Program-made: the position numbers and the translations under genes
From: an uncultured SAR86 cluster bacterium
Lineage (GTDB): Bacteria; Pseudomonadota; Gammaproteobacteria; Magnimaribacterales; AG-339-G14
NCBI GenBank assembly: GCA_902595715.1
Contig: CACJRI010000003.1
Span: 5,583-69,582 of the forward strand
Length of the DNA: 64,000 nucleotides
Direction of reading: 5' to 3'
Shown here: one piece after another, positions 39,969 through 48,292 of the stretch
Numbering within the stretch: position 1 is the stretch's first letter
How the letters are laid out: each line of letters starts with the position of its first letter
Notes under the pieces: model-generated
Told to the model about the DNA's origin: nothing
The model's input: only the letters and a program-made list of their open reading frames with translations
Databases searched by the model: none

Positions 39969-40885
39969 AAATAGGTTATTTTGCAGATGGTCCTTGGTCC
40001 CATAAAGCTTTAGAGAGAATAGTTTCTGATAGGAGATTAGAGATATCTTTTATTGTTCCAAGATATGATTCTCAAGATTCTGTTCTCAAGGAATGGGCAA
40101 AAAAACTAGGAGTTGATTTTATTCCTATGAAAAATGTGAATTCAAAGGACTCTATAAATAAATTAAAAAGCTATAAAGCAGACATATTTGTTTCTATGTC
40201 ATTTGATCAGATTATAAAGAAGGAAGTTATACATTTACCGGAAAAAGGTTTTATTAATTGTCACGCAGGAGCCTTGCCATTTTATAGAGGCAGAAACGTA
40301 CTTAATTGGGTATTAATAAATGATGAAAAAGAATTCGGAGTAACGGTTCATTACATTGATGAAGGGATTGATACAGGCGATATAATTTTACAAAACAAGA
40401 GTTTGATAACTGACGATGATTCTTATAAAACTTTATTAGAAAGAGCTATCGACCTTTGTGATAAGACCCTCTACGAAGCTATTGTAAAAATCTTAAATGG
40501 TGAGAACCAAAGAATTAAACAAAAGGAGATAGATCCTGTGGGAAGTTATTTTAGAATCAGAAAAGAAGGTGATGAATGGATCAACTGGGAATGGACATCA
40601 AGAAAAATATTTAATTTCATCAGAGCAATTACAGATCCAGGGCCTTGTGCACAAACCATGTTTAAAGAGAATCTTATCAAGATAAGAAACTCTAAAGAAA
40701 TTCCTAATTCTCCCAAATACGTTTGCGTTCCAGGGGAAATAGTGGGCAAAACAGACGATTCTTTAATTTTAAAGACTGGAGACAGCACGCTGTCAATAAA
40801 TTCTTATGATAGTTTAGATAAAAAGAATGATATGGCGCTCAGAGCTCTAAGAATTGGCAATCGCTTATATAAACCAAATCATTAA
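39965..40885 (+). CDS. formyltransferase (Fmt/ArnA-N-like) for a sugar amino group
   Basis: 306 aa. The Formyl_trans_N core is FINCHAGALPFYRGRNVLNWVLINDEKEFGVTVHYIDEGIDTGDII (N/H/D catalytic residues). A C-terminal Fmt-C-like domain follows. Confidence 0.8.
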   Translation: MKIGYFADGPWSHKALERIVSDRRLEISFIVPRYDSQDSVLKEWAKKLGVDFIPMKNVNSKDSINKLKSYKADIFVSMSFDQIIKKEVIHLPEKGFINCHAGALPFYRGRNVLNWVLINDEKEFGVTVHYIDEGIDTGDIILQNKSLITDDDSYKTLLERAIDLCDKTLYEAIVKILNGENQRIKQKEIDPVGSYFRIRKEGDEWINWEWTSRKIFNFIRAITDPGPCAQTMFKENLIKIRNSKEIPNSPKYVCVPGEIVGKTDDSLILKTGDSTLSINSYDSLDKKNDMALRALRIGNRLYKPNH

Positions 40886-40915
40886 TTTTATTTATAATCT
40901 ACGAGGAGAAAATAA

Positions 40916-41974
40916 TTGACTAAAATTAATTGGATAGCATCTACCTTGCTCAAAGATGAGTCTATGGAGAAAGCAATAAAAAATCTTAATCTTCAATCAA
41001 CAAGGATTGTTCTTGTAATTGATAAAAATCAAAAATTATTAGGAACGATCACAGATGGAGATATCAGAAGAGCTATACTCGAAAACAAGTCAATGGATAC
41101 TCCTTTATGTGACTTCATGAACCCTAATCCCACCACAGCCTCTGAAAATGAAGATATGGATTCAATATTAAAATTAATGCAAAAAAATGATCTTATCCAG
41201 ATTCCTATTGTCGACTCCAAGTCTAAAATTGTTGGCCTTGAAACTCTTCATCACTTAATCGAAAATGAGACAAAAAATAATCCCGTATTTTTAATGGCGG
41301 GAGGGTTTGGCAAGCGGTTAGCACCTTTAACCGATGAGATGCCTAAACCTCTTCTTAAAATTGGCTCTAAACCCATATTAGAAATCATAATAGATAACTT
41401 CATAGATCAAGGATTTAATAATTTTTATATCTCTACCCATTTTCTTGCAGAAAAGATAGTTGATTTCTTTGGAGATGGAACTCTTAAAGGAGTTTCTATT
41501 GAATACATACATGAAAAAAAACCTATGGGAACTGCTGGATCATTAGGACTATTGCCTCAGGAGAAGATAGACTCGCCAATAATTATGATGAATGGAGATT
41601 TATTATCTAAAGTCAATTTTTCAGATCTCTTAAGTTATCATAATGATAAACCCGGAGAAATCACCATGTGTATCTCTGAATATGAATTTCAAGTGCCTTA
41701 TGGCGTAATTAAAACCGATAAAGAAAGGCTCAAAGGAATTGATGAAAAACCTTCTCAGAAATTTTTTATAAATGCTGGTATTTATGTTGTTGAGCCATCT
41801 GTCTTAAAAAAGGTTAATAACAATGAATATATCGACATGCCAACTTTGTTAGATGAAATGATAAAAGATGGTATTGAAATAAATGTTTTTCCTATTCATG
41901 AGTACTGGCTCGATGTTGGCAAAATCGATGATTTTAATATGGCTAAAAAGGAAATAAACAAAGATGACCAATAA
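40916..41974 (+). CDS. CBS-domain sugar-1-phosphate nucleotidyltransferase (PtmE-like)
   Basis: TTG start, 352 aa. An N-terminal CBS pair (VIDKNQKLLGTITDGDIRRA; IPIVDSKSKIVGL) is followed by the nucleotidyltransferase motif LMAGGFGKRLAPLTDEMPKPLLKIG. Confidence 0.8.
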   Translation: MTKINWIASTLLKDESMEKAIKNLNLQSTRIVLVIDKNQKLLGTITDGDIRRAILENKSMDTPLCDFMNPNPTTASENEDMDSILKLMQKNDLIQIPIVDSKSKIVGLETLHHLIENETKNNPVFLMAGGFGKRLAPLTDEMPKPLLKIGSKPILEIIIDNFIDQGFNNFYISTHFLAEKIVDFFGDGTLKGVSIEYIHEKKPMGTAGSLGLLPQEKIDSPIIMMNGDLLSKVNFSDLLSYHNDKPGEITMCISEYEFQVPYGVIKTDKERLKGIDEKPSQKFFINAGIYVVEPSVLKKVNNNEYIDMPTLLDEMIKDGIEINVFPIHEYWLDVGKIDDFNMAKKEINKDDQ

Positions 41975-42965
41975 TGAAAAATACTTGGTTGTTGGAGCGG
42001 GGAACATATCTAAAAAACATATCGATAATATAAAGAGACTAAAAAGAAACAGCTTGGTATTCAATTTGTCTTCTTCAGGTCGGAATATTGATCCTCAATC
42101 TAATAATGCAGATTATTTATTAAGAAACTTTCAAGAAGCTCATGAACATAAATTTAGTGCAGTCATTATTGCTTCGCCAGCTAGTTTTCACATAGAACAT
42201 GCATTGTTTTTTTCTTCTTTAAACATACCCTTGCTAATTGAAAAGCCTTTGTCTGACAATTTAAAAAAATATGAAGAAGCAAGTAATACTCTTTTGGATT
42301 TAAATGAAAAAATAAAAATTGCTTACAATCTTAGATATCTCAATTCGATGATTTTTTTTAAGAATTTTTTACGTGAAAATTTATTGGGAAAAATATATTC
42401 GGTTCAATCAGAAGTAGGGCAAAACCTAATTAATTGGAGACCAAAAAAAAATTATAAACATACTGTTTCTTCAAACAAAAAACTTGGCGGAGGCGCTCTT
42501 TTAGAGTTAAGTCATGAATTGGATTACCTAACTTGGATTTTTGGCGACATTCAAAGTGTTTTCTGCAAACTTTCTAATACCAACCATTTCGATATTGATG
42601 TTGAAGATAATGTTGAATCTATTCTTCAAACAAAAAGTGGCTTATGCATCAACTTACATATGGATTTTTTACAAAATAAAACTATAAGAAAATGTAAGGT
42701 TATAGGAGAAAAGGGCACTTTAGATTTTGATCTTTTAGAGAATAAAATTATTCACTATCAAGAAAATGAAAAAATAGAGATTATCTACAACGAGAATGTT
42801 TTTGATCAGAATCAGCCTTATATTGACATGCTTCAAGATTTCTTAAATCCAGATACAGAGAAACTAAATAATCTTGCAAGCCTAGATGAAGCCAAATATG
42901 TTTTAGCAATCATAGAGGCTATGAGAGTTTCATCTAAAGAAAATTCTCTAATCAAGGTAGATTGA
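41964..42965 (+). CDS. Gfo/Idh/MocA-family oxidoreductase (PtmF-like)
   Basis: 333 aa. Has the N-terminal Rossmann motif YLVVGAGNISKKHIDNI and EKPL (LLIEKPLSDN). Confidence 0.75.
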   Translation: MTNNEKYLVVGAGNISKKHIDNIKRLKRNSLVFNLSSSGRNIDPQSNNADYLLRNFQEAHEHKFSAVIIASPASFHIEHALFFSSLNIPLLIEKPLSDNLKKYEEASNTLLDLNEKIKIAYNLRYLNSMIFFKNFLRENLLGKIYSVQSEVGQNLINWRPKKNYKHTVSSNKKLGGGALLELSHELDYLTWIFGDIQSVFCKLSNTNHFDIDVEDNVESILQTKSGLCINLHMDFLQNKTIRKCKVIGEKGTLDFDLLENKIIHYQENEKIEIIYNENVFDQNQPYIDMLQDFLNPDTEKLNNLASLDEAKYVLAIIEAMRVSSKENSLIKVD

Positions 42966-42968
42966 ATA

Positions 42969-43661
42969 ATGAAAACATTTGCATTTATATTTGCTAGGGG
43001 GGGTTCTAAAGGGCTTCCAAAAAAAAATATTTTAAATCTAGGAGGGCTTCCTCTTATTGCTCACTCCATTCTTTCAGCTAAAAATAATCAAATGATTGAT
43101 GATGTTTTTGTTTCAACAGACTCAGATGAAATTGCAGAAGTTTCTAACAAATTTGAAGCTAAAATTATAAAGAGACCAAAAGAACTTGCACAAGATGATT
43201 CTTCAGAATGGTTATCTTGGAATCACGCAATCAATTATGTTCATGATCAGGGGTATGTTTTTAACAGATTTATAAGCTTGCCTGCAACTGCACCCCTTAG
43301 AGCTGATGAGGATATTAATAAATGTCTCTTAGCTTTTAAAGGAAATGTTGATGTAGTTATAACTGTAACTCCAGCAAATCGTAATCCTAGTTTTAATATG
43401 ATTAAAAGAGATGCTAAAGGCATGAGTAATTTAATTTTAAAATCTGACATCGCAAGAAGACAAGATGCTCCTTTAGTATATGACATGACTACTGTGGCAT
43501 ATGTGACTACACCAGAATATATTTTAAGTAAAAAAAATCTTTTTGAAGGAAATACTTACTCGGTTATCATTCCTAAAGATCGAGCTATAGACATAGATGA
43601 CAGAGTAGACTTTATTTTAGCAGAGAGGTTATTCGAAATAAGAAATGATTTTACAAAATAA
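42969..43661 (+). CDS. neuA: CMP-nonulosonic acid synthetase (acylneuraminate cytidylyltransferase, NeuA/LegF type)
   Basis: 230 aa. FAFIFARGGSKGLPKKNILNLGGLPLIAHSI is the CTP-transferase-3 N-terminus. Also has ATAPLR. Confidence 0.88.
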   Translation: MKTFAFIFARGGSKGLPKKNILNLGGLPLIAHSILSAKNNQMIDDVFVSTDSDEIAEVSNKFEAKIIKRPKELAQDDSSEWLSWNHAINYVHDQGYVFNRFISLPATAPLRADEDINKCLLAFKGNVDVVITVTPANRNPSFNMIKRDAKGMSNLILKSDIARRQDAPLVYDMTTVAYVTTPEYILSKKNLFEGNTYSVIIPKDRAIDIDDRVDFILAERLFEIRNDFTK

Positions 43662-44409
43662 TACTGTATTAGTTGTAGGAGCCAATGGCAGAATTGGATC
43701 AGTTATCTCAAAAAGATTGTTAGAGGAAGGTGCTAATGTAATAGCTGCAGATATAACTCTACAAAATCTCAAAAATAATGAATTTGGTGTATACAAAGAT
43801 CAATTTCTCAAAATTGAGATGGACATCACTAATAAAGAATCCATAGAAAAAGCATTTGAATTTGCTTTATCCAAGTTTGGTAAAATAGACTCTGCTATCA
43901 ATACTTCATATCCAAAAGGTAGTGAGTATGGAAAACATTTCTTTGATGTTTCTTATGATTCTTTTACTGAAAATCTATCTCTTCATGTAGGAGGATTTTT
44001 CTTATTTATGCAAATTTGTGCTAAATACTCGTTATCCTCAAACCAGAAGTTTTCCTTGCTAAATTTCTCTTCAATATATGGCAATATAGCGCCAAGATTT
44101 GAAATTTATGAAAATACTGACATGACTACTCCCGTTGAGTACGCAGCTATGAAATCGGCAATTCAACATTTATCTCAGTACGTGAGCGCTTTTACAAAGA
44201 ACTCAAAATTCAGGGTAAATTGTATTAGTCCTGGAGGAATATCAGATAATCAAGATGCTAAATTCTTAGCCAAATATAAAAAATTTTCTAGGGAAAAAGG
44301 CATGTTAGATGTTGAAGATCTTTTGGGTACCGTCTTATATTTGATTTCAGAATCCTCTGAATATGTATGTGGTCAAAATATTATTGTTGATGATGGTTTT
44401 GTGGTTTAA
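43645..44409 (+). CDS. short-chain dehydrogenase/reductase (PtmA-like)
   Basis: 254 aa. Has VLVVGANGRIGSVISKRL and the catalytic YAAMKSAIQHL (YxxxK). Confidence 0.75.
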   Translation: MILQNNTVLVVGANGRIGSVISKRLLEEGANVIAADITLQNLKNNEFGVYKDQFLKIEMDITNKESIEKAFEFALSKFGKIDSAINTSYPKGSEYGKHFFDVSYDSFTENLSLHVGGFFLFMQICAKYSLSSNQKFSLLNFSSIYGNIAPRFEIYENTDMTTPVEYAAMKSAIQHLSQYVSAFTKNSKFRVNCISPGGISDNQDAKFLAKYKKFSREKGMLDVEDLLGTVLYLISESSEYVCGQNIIVDDGFVV

Positions 44410-44429
44410 AAAAATTTAAATCTTTAAAA

Positions 44430-45068
44430 ATGTCATCAAAACAAAGAGTAGTCATAATTGACAGAAAGAATGCAAACATAAATTCCCTGAAGAATGCAAT
44501 TCAACACGTAAGCGATTTTCATTTATCTGTTTCAAGTGATATGAAAGAAATTCAAAAAGCTGATTTTTTAGTTTTAGCTGGTGTGGGCGCTTTTGGTGAT
44601 GGCATGGCTGATCTTATAGAAAAAGATCTGGTTGATGGGCTTATAAATCAAGCGCTTATTAAAAAAAAGCCTTTTCTTGGCATATGTTTAGGTATGCAGA
44701 TGCTTTTTTCTGAATCAGAAGAAAAAGGGATTAATAAAGGCCTAAATTTAATTGAAGGCAAAGTTAAATATCTTGATCTTGATCCTTCTTATAGAATTCC
44801 TCATGTTGGATGGAATAACATTGAATACGAAGAAGATAAAAAAATATTCAATGGTTTAGGGCCTGATAAGAACTTTTATTTTGTGCATAGCCTTTCAGCT
44901 CAATGTGATGAGAAAAATATAATTGCTAAAGTTGACTATGATAAGAAAATAACCGCAGCAGTCCAAAAAGATAATATTTTAGGCTTTCAATTTCATCCAG
45001 AAAAAAGTCAAGGGAATGGGATGATTCTTTTAAGAAACTTTTTATCAGGTAGATACTACGATGCTTAA
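44430..45068 (+). CDS. hisH: HisH-like glutamine amidotransferase subunit dedicated to glycan synthesis (WbuY type)
   Basis: 212 aa. The class-I GATase triad is present: nucleophile in PFLGICLGMQML and H/E in FQFHPEKS. Its context is next to a HisF-like gene and WbpG-like amidotransferases, not other his genes. Confidence 0.82.
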   Translation: MSSKQRVVIIDRKNANINSLKNAIQHVSDFHLSVSSDMKEIQKADFLVLAGVGAFGDGMADLIEKDLVDGLINQALIKKKPFLGICLGMQMLFSESEEKGINKGLNLIEGKVKYLDLDPSYRIPHVGWNNIEYEEDKKIFNGLGPDKNFYFVHSLSAQCDEKNIIAKVDYDKKITAAVQKDNILGFQFHPEKSQGNGMILLRNFLSGRYYDA

Positions 45069-45870
45069 ACCAAGACTTATACCTTGCATAATAACTAGAG
45101 GTGACATGGTAGTACAAAGTATAAACTTTAAAAGATATCTTCCAATTGGAAATATAAAAACAGCAATAGAATTTTTTGTAAAATGGGATGTTGATGAAAT
45201 AGTAATATTAGATATTACAGCTTCCAAAGAAAACCGACATCCAAATACTGAATTAATTGAATGGGCCTCATCTGAGTGTTTTGTCCCTCTTACTGTTGGC
45301 GGAGGGATTAAAACCTCCCAAGATATTAGAGATTTATTAAATTCTGGAGCTGATAAAGTTTGCATAAATTCAGCTGCTAGGAATGATATAGCTCTTGTGG
45401 AAGAAGCAAGCAACATTTTCGGTGCACAATGCATTACTGTCTCAGTTGATGTTATTTTTAAAGATGGGGAATACAAAATTTATACATACGAAAACAATGA
45501 TATTTTAGATATCTCTCTCATTTCATACATTAAAGGTCTAGAACAAAAAGGAGCTGGAGAAATTTTTTTAAATTCCGTTAATAGAGATGGTAGTAAAGAG
45601 GGCTATGATATAAAACTCATAAAATCCGTAACGGATAATGTAAACATACCAGTAATTGCATGTGGCGGGGTAGGAAAAAATAGCCATTTTTCAGAGGCAA
45701 TAATTTATGCAAACTGCTCTGCAGTTTCAGCATCAAATATTTTTCAACATACAGAACATAGTACAATTTCTGCTAAAGCCATGTTGCTAAAAGACGGAGT
45801 AGAAGTGAGGCTTAATGGAGACGTTAAATACAGTAATTTTGAATTTGATCAAATGGGAAGACCTTTCTAA
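45061..45870 (+). CDS. hisF: HisF-like cyclase/ammonia-channel subunit dedicated to glycan synthesis (WbuZ type)
   Basis: 269 aa. TIM-barrel HisF signatures RLIPCIITRGDMVVQS, ILDITAS and TVGGGIK...ACGGVG are present. Confidence 0.82.
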   Translation: MLKPRLIPCIITRGDMVVQSINFKRYLPIGNIKTAIEFFVKWDVDEIVILDITASKENRHPNTELIEWASSECFVPLTVGGGIKTSQDIRDLLNSGADKVCINSAARNDIALVEEASNIFGAQCITVSVDVIFKDGEYKIYTYENNDILDISLISYIKGLEQKGAGEIFLNSVNRDGSKEGYDIKLIKSVTDNVNIPVIACGGVGKNSHFSEAIIYANCSAVSASNIFQHTEHSTISAKAMLLKDGVEVRLNGDVKYSNFEFDQMGRPF

Positions 45871-47147
45871 TGAAATATTGCAAGAGATGTATTTATCCTG
45901 AAAATCATCCATTGGGAATTACATTTGATGAGAGGGGTGTTTGCAGCGGGTGTCTGGTTCATGAAGAGAAATATGAAATAGATTGGGAAAAAAAGCGTGA
46001 GGAATTTGATAAATTATTATCTCAGTACAGAAATAAGTTTAACTTCCATTATGACTGCATAATACCGGTTGTTGGTTCAGGAGATGATTTTTTTGTAGTG
46101 GATACTATAAAAAATGAATTCAATATGAACCCTCTGCTTGTAACTTATAACAATCATTTCAATACTAAGGTAGGAATAAGAAACTTAGCTAGATTACTCA
46201 CAGAGTTAGATTGTGACCATATGGTTTCTACTGTTGGGCCTGAAACTGTAAAAGAGATTACAAGACTATCTATTAGAGAGCTTGGAGATATTTATTGGCA
46301 TGTTCTTGCAGGAACGCAAACATTTCCTGTTCAAGTAGCAACTAAATTAAAAATCCCTTTAATCATATGGGGTGTAAATGGTTGGTTAGACCAGGTTGGT
46401 ATGTTTTCCCATCATGATCAAGTAGAAATGACAAAAAAAGTAAGGAAAGAGCATTCTCTTAGGAGGAGAGATGCTGAATCTTTAATTGGAAAAAGTAAAA
46501 ATATTTCAATTAAAGATTTACAAGCTTTTACATACCCTTCAGATAAGCAATTAGAAAAAAACAGAGTAAGAGGTGTCTATTTGGGGAACTATGTATTTTG
46601 GGACTCTCAAAAACAAATAGAAAAAGCTATAGATAAGTTTGGTTATGAAACTATTTCTCAAGAAAGAACATTTAACAATTACGAGTCTATATATTGTTGG
46701 AATAACGCAGGAGTGCATGATTATATTAAATTTCTAAAATTTGGTTACGGGAAAGTAACAGATCATGTATGTAGAGATATAAGACTAAAAAGAATTTCTA
46801 GAGAACAAGGAATAAAGCTTGTAGAAAAATTTCAAAATGTCGAACCAGAAACTCTTGATAAATTTCTTGAATGGGTAAAGCTTTCTAAAGAAGAGTTTAT
46901 GAAATCAATCAATTCATTTAGAGATAAGCGGGCCTGGAAAGAAACAAGCAAAGGAAACTTTGTCTTAAGAGATTCAATTATCAATCATATCGATGATGAT
47001 GGTGTTGATGCTGTCAGATTAAAAGTTAGCGATCCTAGAGAGTACAAGCTGACTGAGTTAAAGGAAGAACATAATATGAATGATGATTACATTCTTTTGG
47101 GTAGAGCTTTCATTGATGAAAATAACTTCAAGGCAATCGAAGGATGA
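45870..47147 (+). CDS. N-acetyl-sugar amidotransferase paralogue 1 (WbpG/PseA/WbuX family) with a degenerate PP-loop
   Basis: 425 aa. The N-terminal zinc ribbon is MKYCKRCIYP...CSGC. It aligns with the downstream paralogue, but where that copy has SGGKDS this one has GSGDDF (46071-46091). Confidence 0.75.
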   Translation: MKYCKRCIYPENHPLGITFDERGVCSGCLVHEEKYEIDWEKKREEFDKLLSQYRNKFNFHYDCIIPVVGSGDDFFVVDTIKNEFNMNPLLVTYNNHFNTKVGIRNLARLLTELDCDHMVSTVGPETVKEITRLSIRELGDIYWHVLAGTQTFPVQVATKLKIPLIIWGVNGWLDQVGMFSHHDQVEMTKKVRKEHSLRRRDAESLIGKSKNISIKDLQAFTYPSDKQLEKNRVRGVYLGNYVFWDSQKQIEKAIDKFGYETISQERTFNNYESIYCWNNAGVHDYIKFLKFGYGKVTDHVCRDIRLKRISREQGIKLVEKFQNVEPETLDKFLEWVKLSKEEFMKSINSFRDKRAWKETSKGNFVLRDSIINHIDDDGVDAVRLKVSDPREYKLTELKEEHNMNDDYILLGRAFIDENNFKAIEG

Positions 47148-48259
47148 AATACTGTAAAAATTGTGTAATGCCAGATACAAAACCTGGAGTTTACTTAGAT
47201 GAGAGAGGTTTATGTAATGCTTGTAGGAGTCAAGAAATAAAATCACAAATTGATTGGAAAGAAAGATTTAAAGATTTAGAAAAAATAGTTTCAGAAATCA
47301 AAAAACAAAATCATCCCTTTTATGATTGTATTGTTCCTGTAAGCGGAGGAAAGGATAGTTGGGTGCAAGCACTAACTTTATCAAAGGAGCTTGGACTAAA
47401 GACACTTTGTGTAACTTTAGCTAACCACCTTCCTACAACGGAAGGAATAGCAAACCTCAATAACATGATCAAAGACCTGAATGTAGATCATATGAAAATT
47501 AATCTAAAACCAAGTTTTTATAGGTCAGTCAGAAGAAAGTGTACTATTGAACAAGGCGAACCAAATTGGGCGGAACATTGTGCAGTGTTTTCTAGCGTAG
47601 TAAATATTGCTGTCATTTACGATGTTCCACTAATTGTTTGGGGTGAAGATATAGCATTTGAGTTTGGAGGCGGCCAAAGACAAGAAAGTACTGCAAGCGC
47701 GATGGAAATTGATAGAAGCGATTTAAATAAAGAAGGAAAGGTAATTGAAGATTGGCTTGATGAAGATTTATCCGAAAGAGATACTTTTTTTTATAAATAT
47801 CCTGATTATGAGATTCTAAAACAGGCTAACATTCAAAGTATTTATCTTGGGCATTACACAAACTGGTATGGAAGAAAGAACTATGAAGAAGTTAAAGCTA
47901 GAGGTTTTTCAGAAAGAAAACTAGGACCACTATCTGGAAATTATCTTTCTTACGATAATATCGATGAAAAGCTTTGTGAAATAAATATATGGTTTAAATA
48001 TCTAAAATTTGGATTTTGGAGATCAACAGATCAGACTTGCTACGATATATGGAACAATAGGTTGACAAGAAAAGAAGCAATAAAAATAGTGAATGATCTC
48101 AGTGATCAATTCCCAGAAGAATATTTTCAAGATTTTTTAAGATTTCACAATATCTCAGAGACTGAGTTTTGGGAGATAGCTGAAAACTATAGAAATAAAG
48201 ACATTTGGGAGTTTTCAGGAAACAAGTGGAATTTAAAATACCCTCTTAAAGATATATAA
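47144..48259 (+). CDS. N-acetyl-sugar amidotransferase paralogue 2 (WbpG/PseA/WbuX family), canonical PP-loop
   Basis: 371 aa. Has MKYCKNCVMP...CNAC and the PP-loop VPVSGGKDSW (47342-47359). Confidence 0.8.
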   Translation: MKYCKNCVMPDTKPGVYLDERGLCNACRSQEIKSQIDWKERFKDLEKIVSEIKKQNHPFYDCIVPVSGGKDSWVQALTLSKELGLKTLCVTLANHLPTTEGIANLNNMIKDLNVDHMKINLKPSFYRSVRRKCTIEQGEPNWAEHCAVFSSVVNIAVIYDVPLIVWGEDIAFEFGGGQRQESTASAMEIDRSDLNKEGKVIEDWLDEDLSERDTFFYKYPDYEILKQANIQSIYLGHYTNWYGRKNYEEVKARGFSERKLGPLSGNYLSYDNIDEKLCEINIWFKYLKFGFWRSTDQTCYDIWNNRLTRKEAIKIVNDLSDQFPEEYFQDFLRFHNISETEFWEIAENYRNKDIWEFSGNKWNLKYPLKDI

Positions 48260-48292
48260 CTTCATATTTATTCATTCCTTGATAGTTTAATT

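Noticed and set aside
45045-45476. A 143-aa minus-strand ORF across the hisH-like/hisF-like junction.
   Set aside because: It is antisense to the well-supported HisF-like gene (RLIPCIITRGD..., TVGGGIK) and has no recognisable domain. It is a shadow ORF.
44430-45870. The hisH/hisF homologues as the histidine-biosynthesis imidazole glycerol phosphate synthase.
   Set aside because: No other his genes are adjacent. They are embedded between an SDR and WbpG-type amidotransferases in a glycan locus, the known context of the dedicated WbuY/WbuZ (HisH2/HisF2) paralogues. The housekeeping copies are probably elsewhere.
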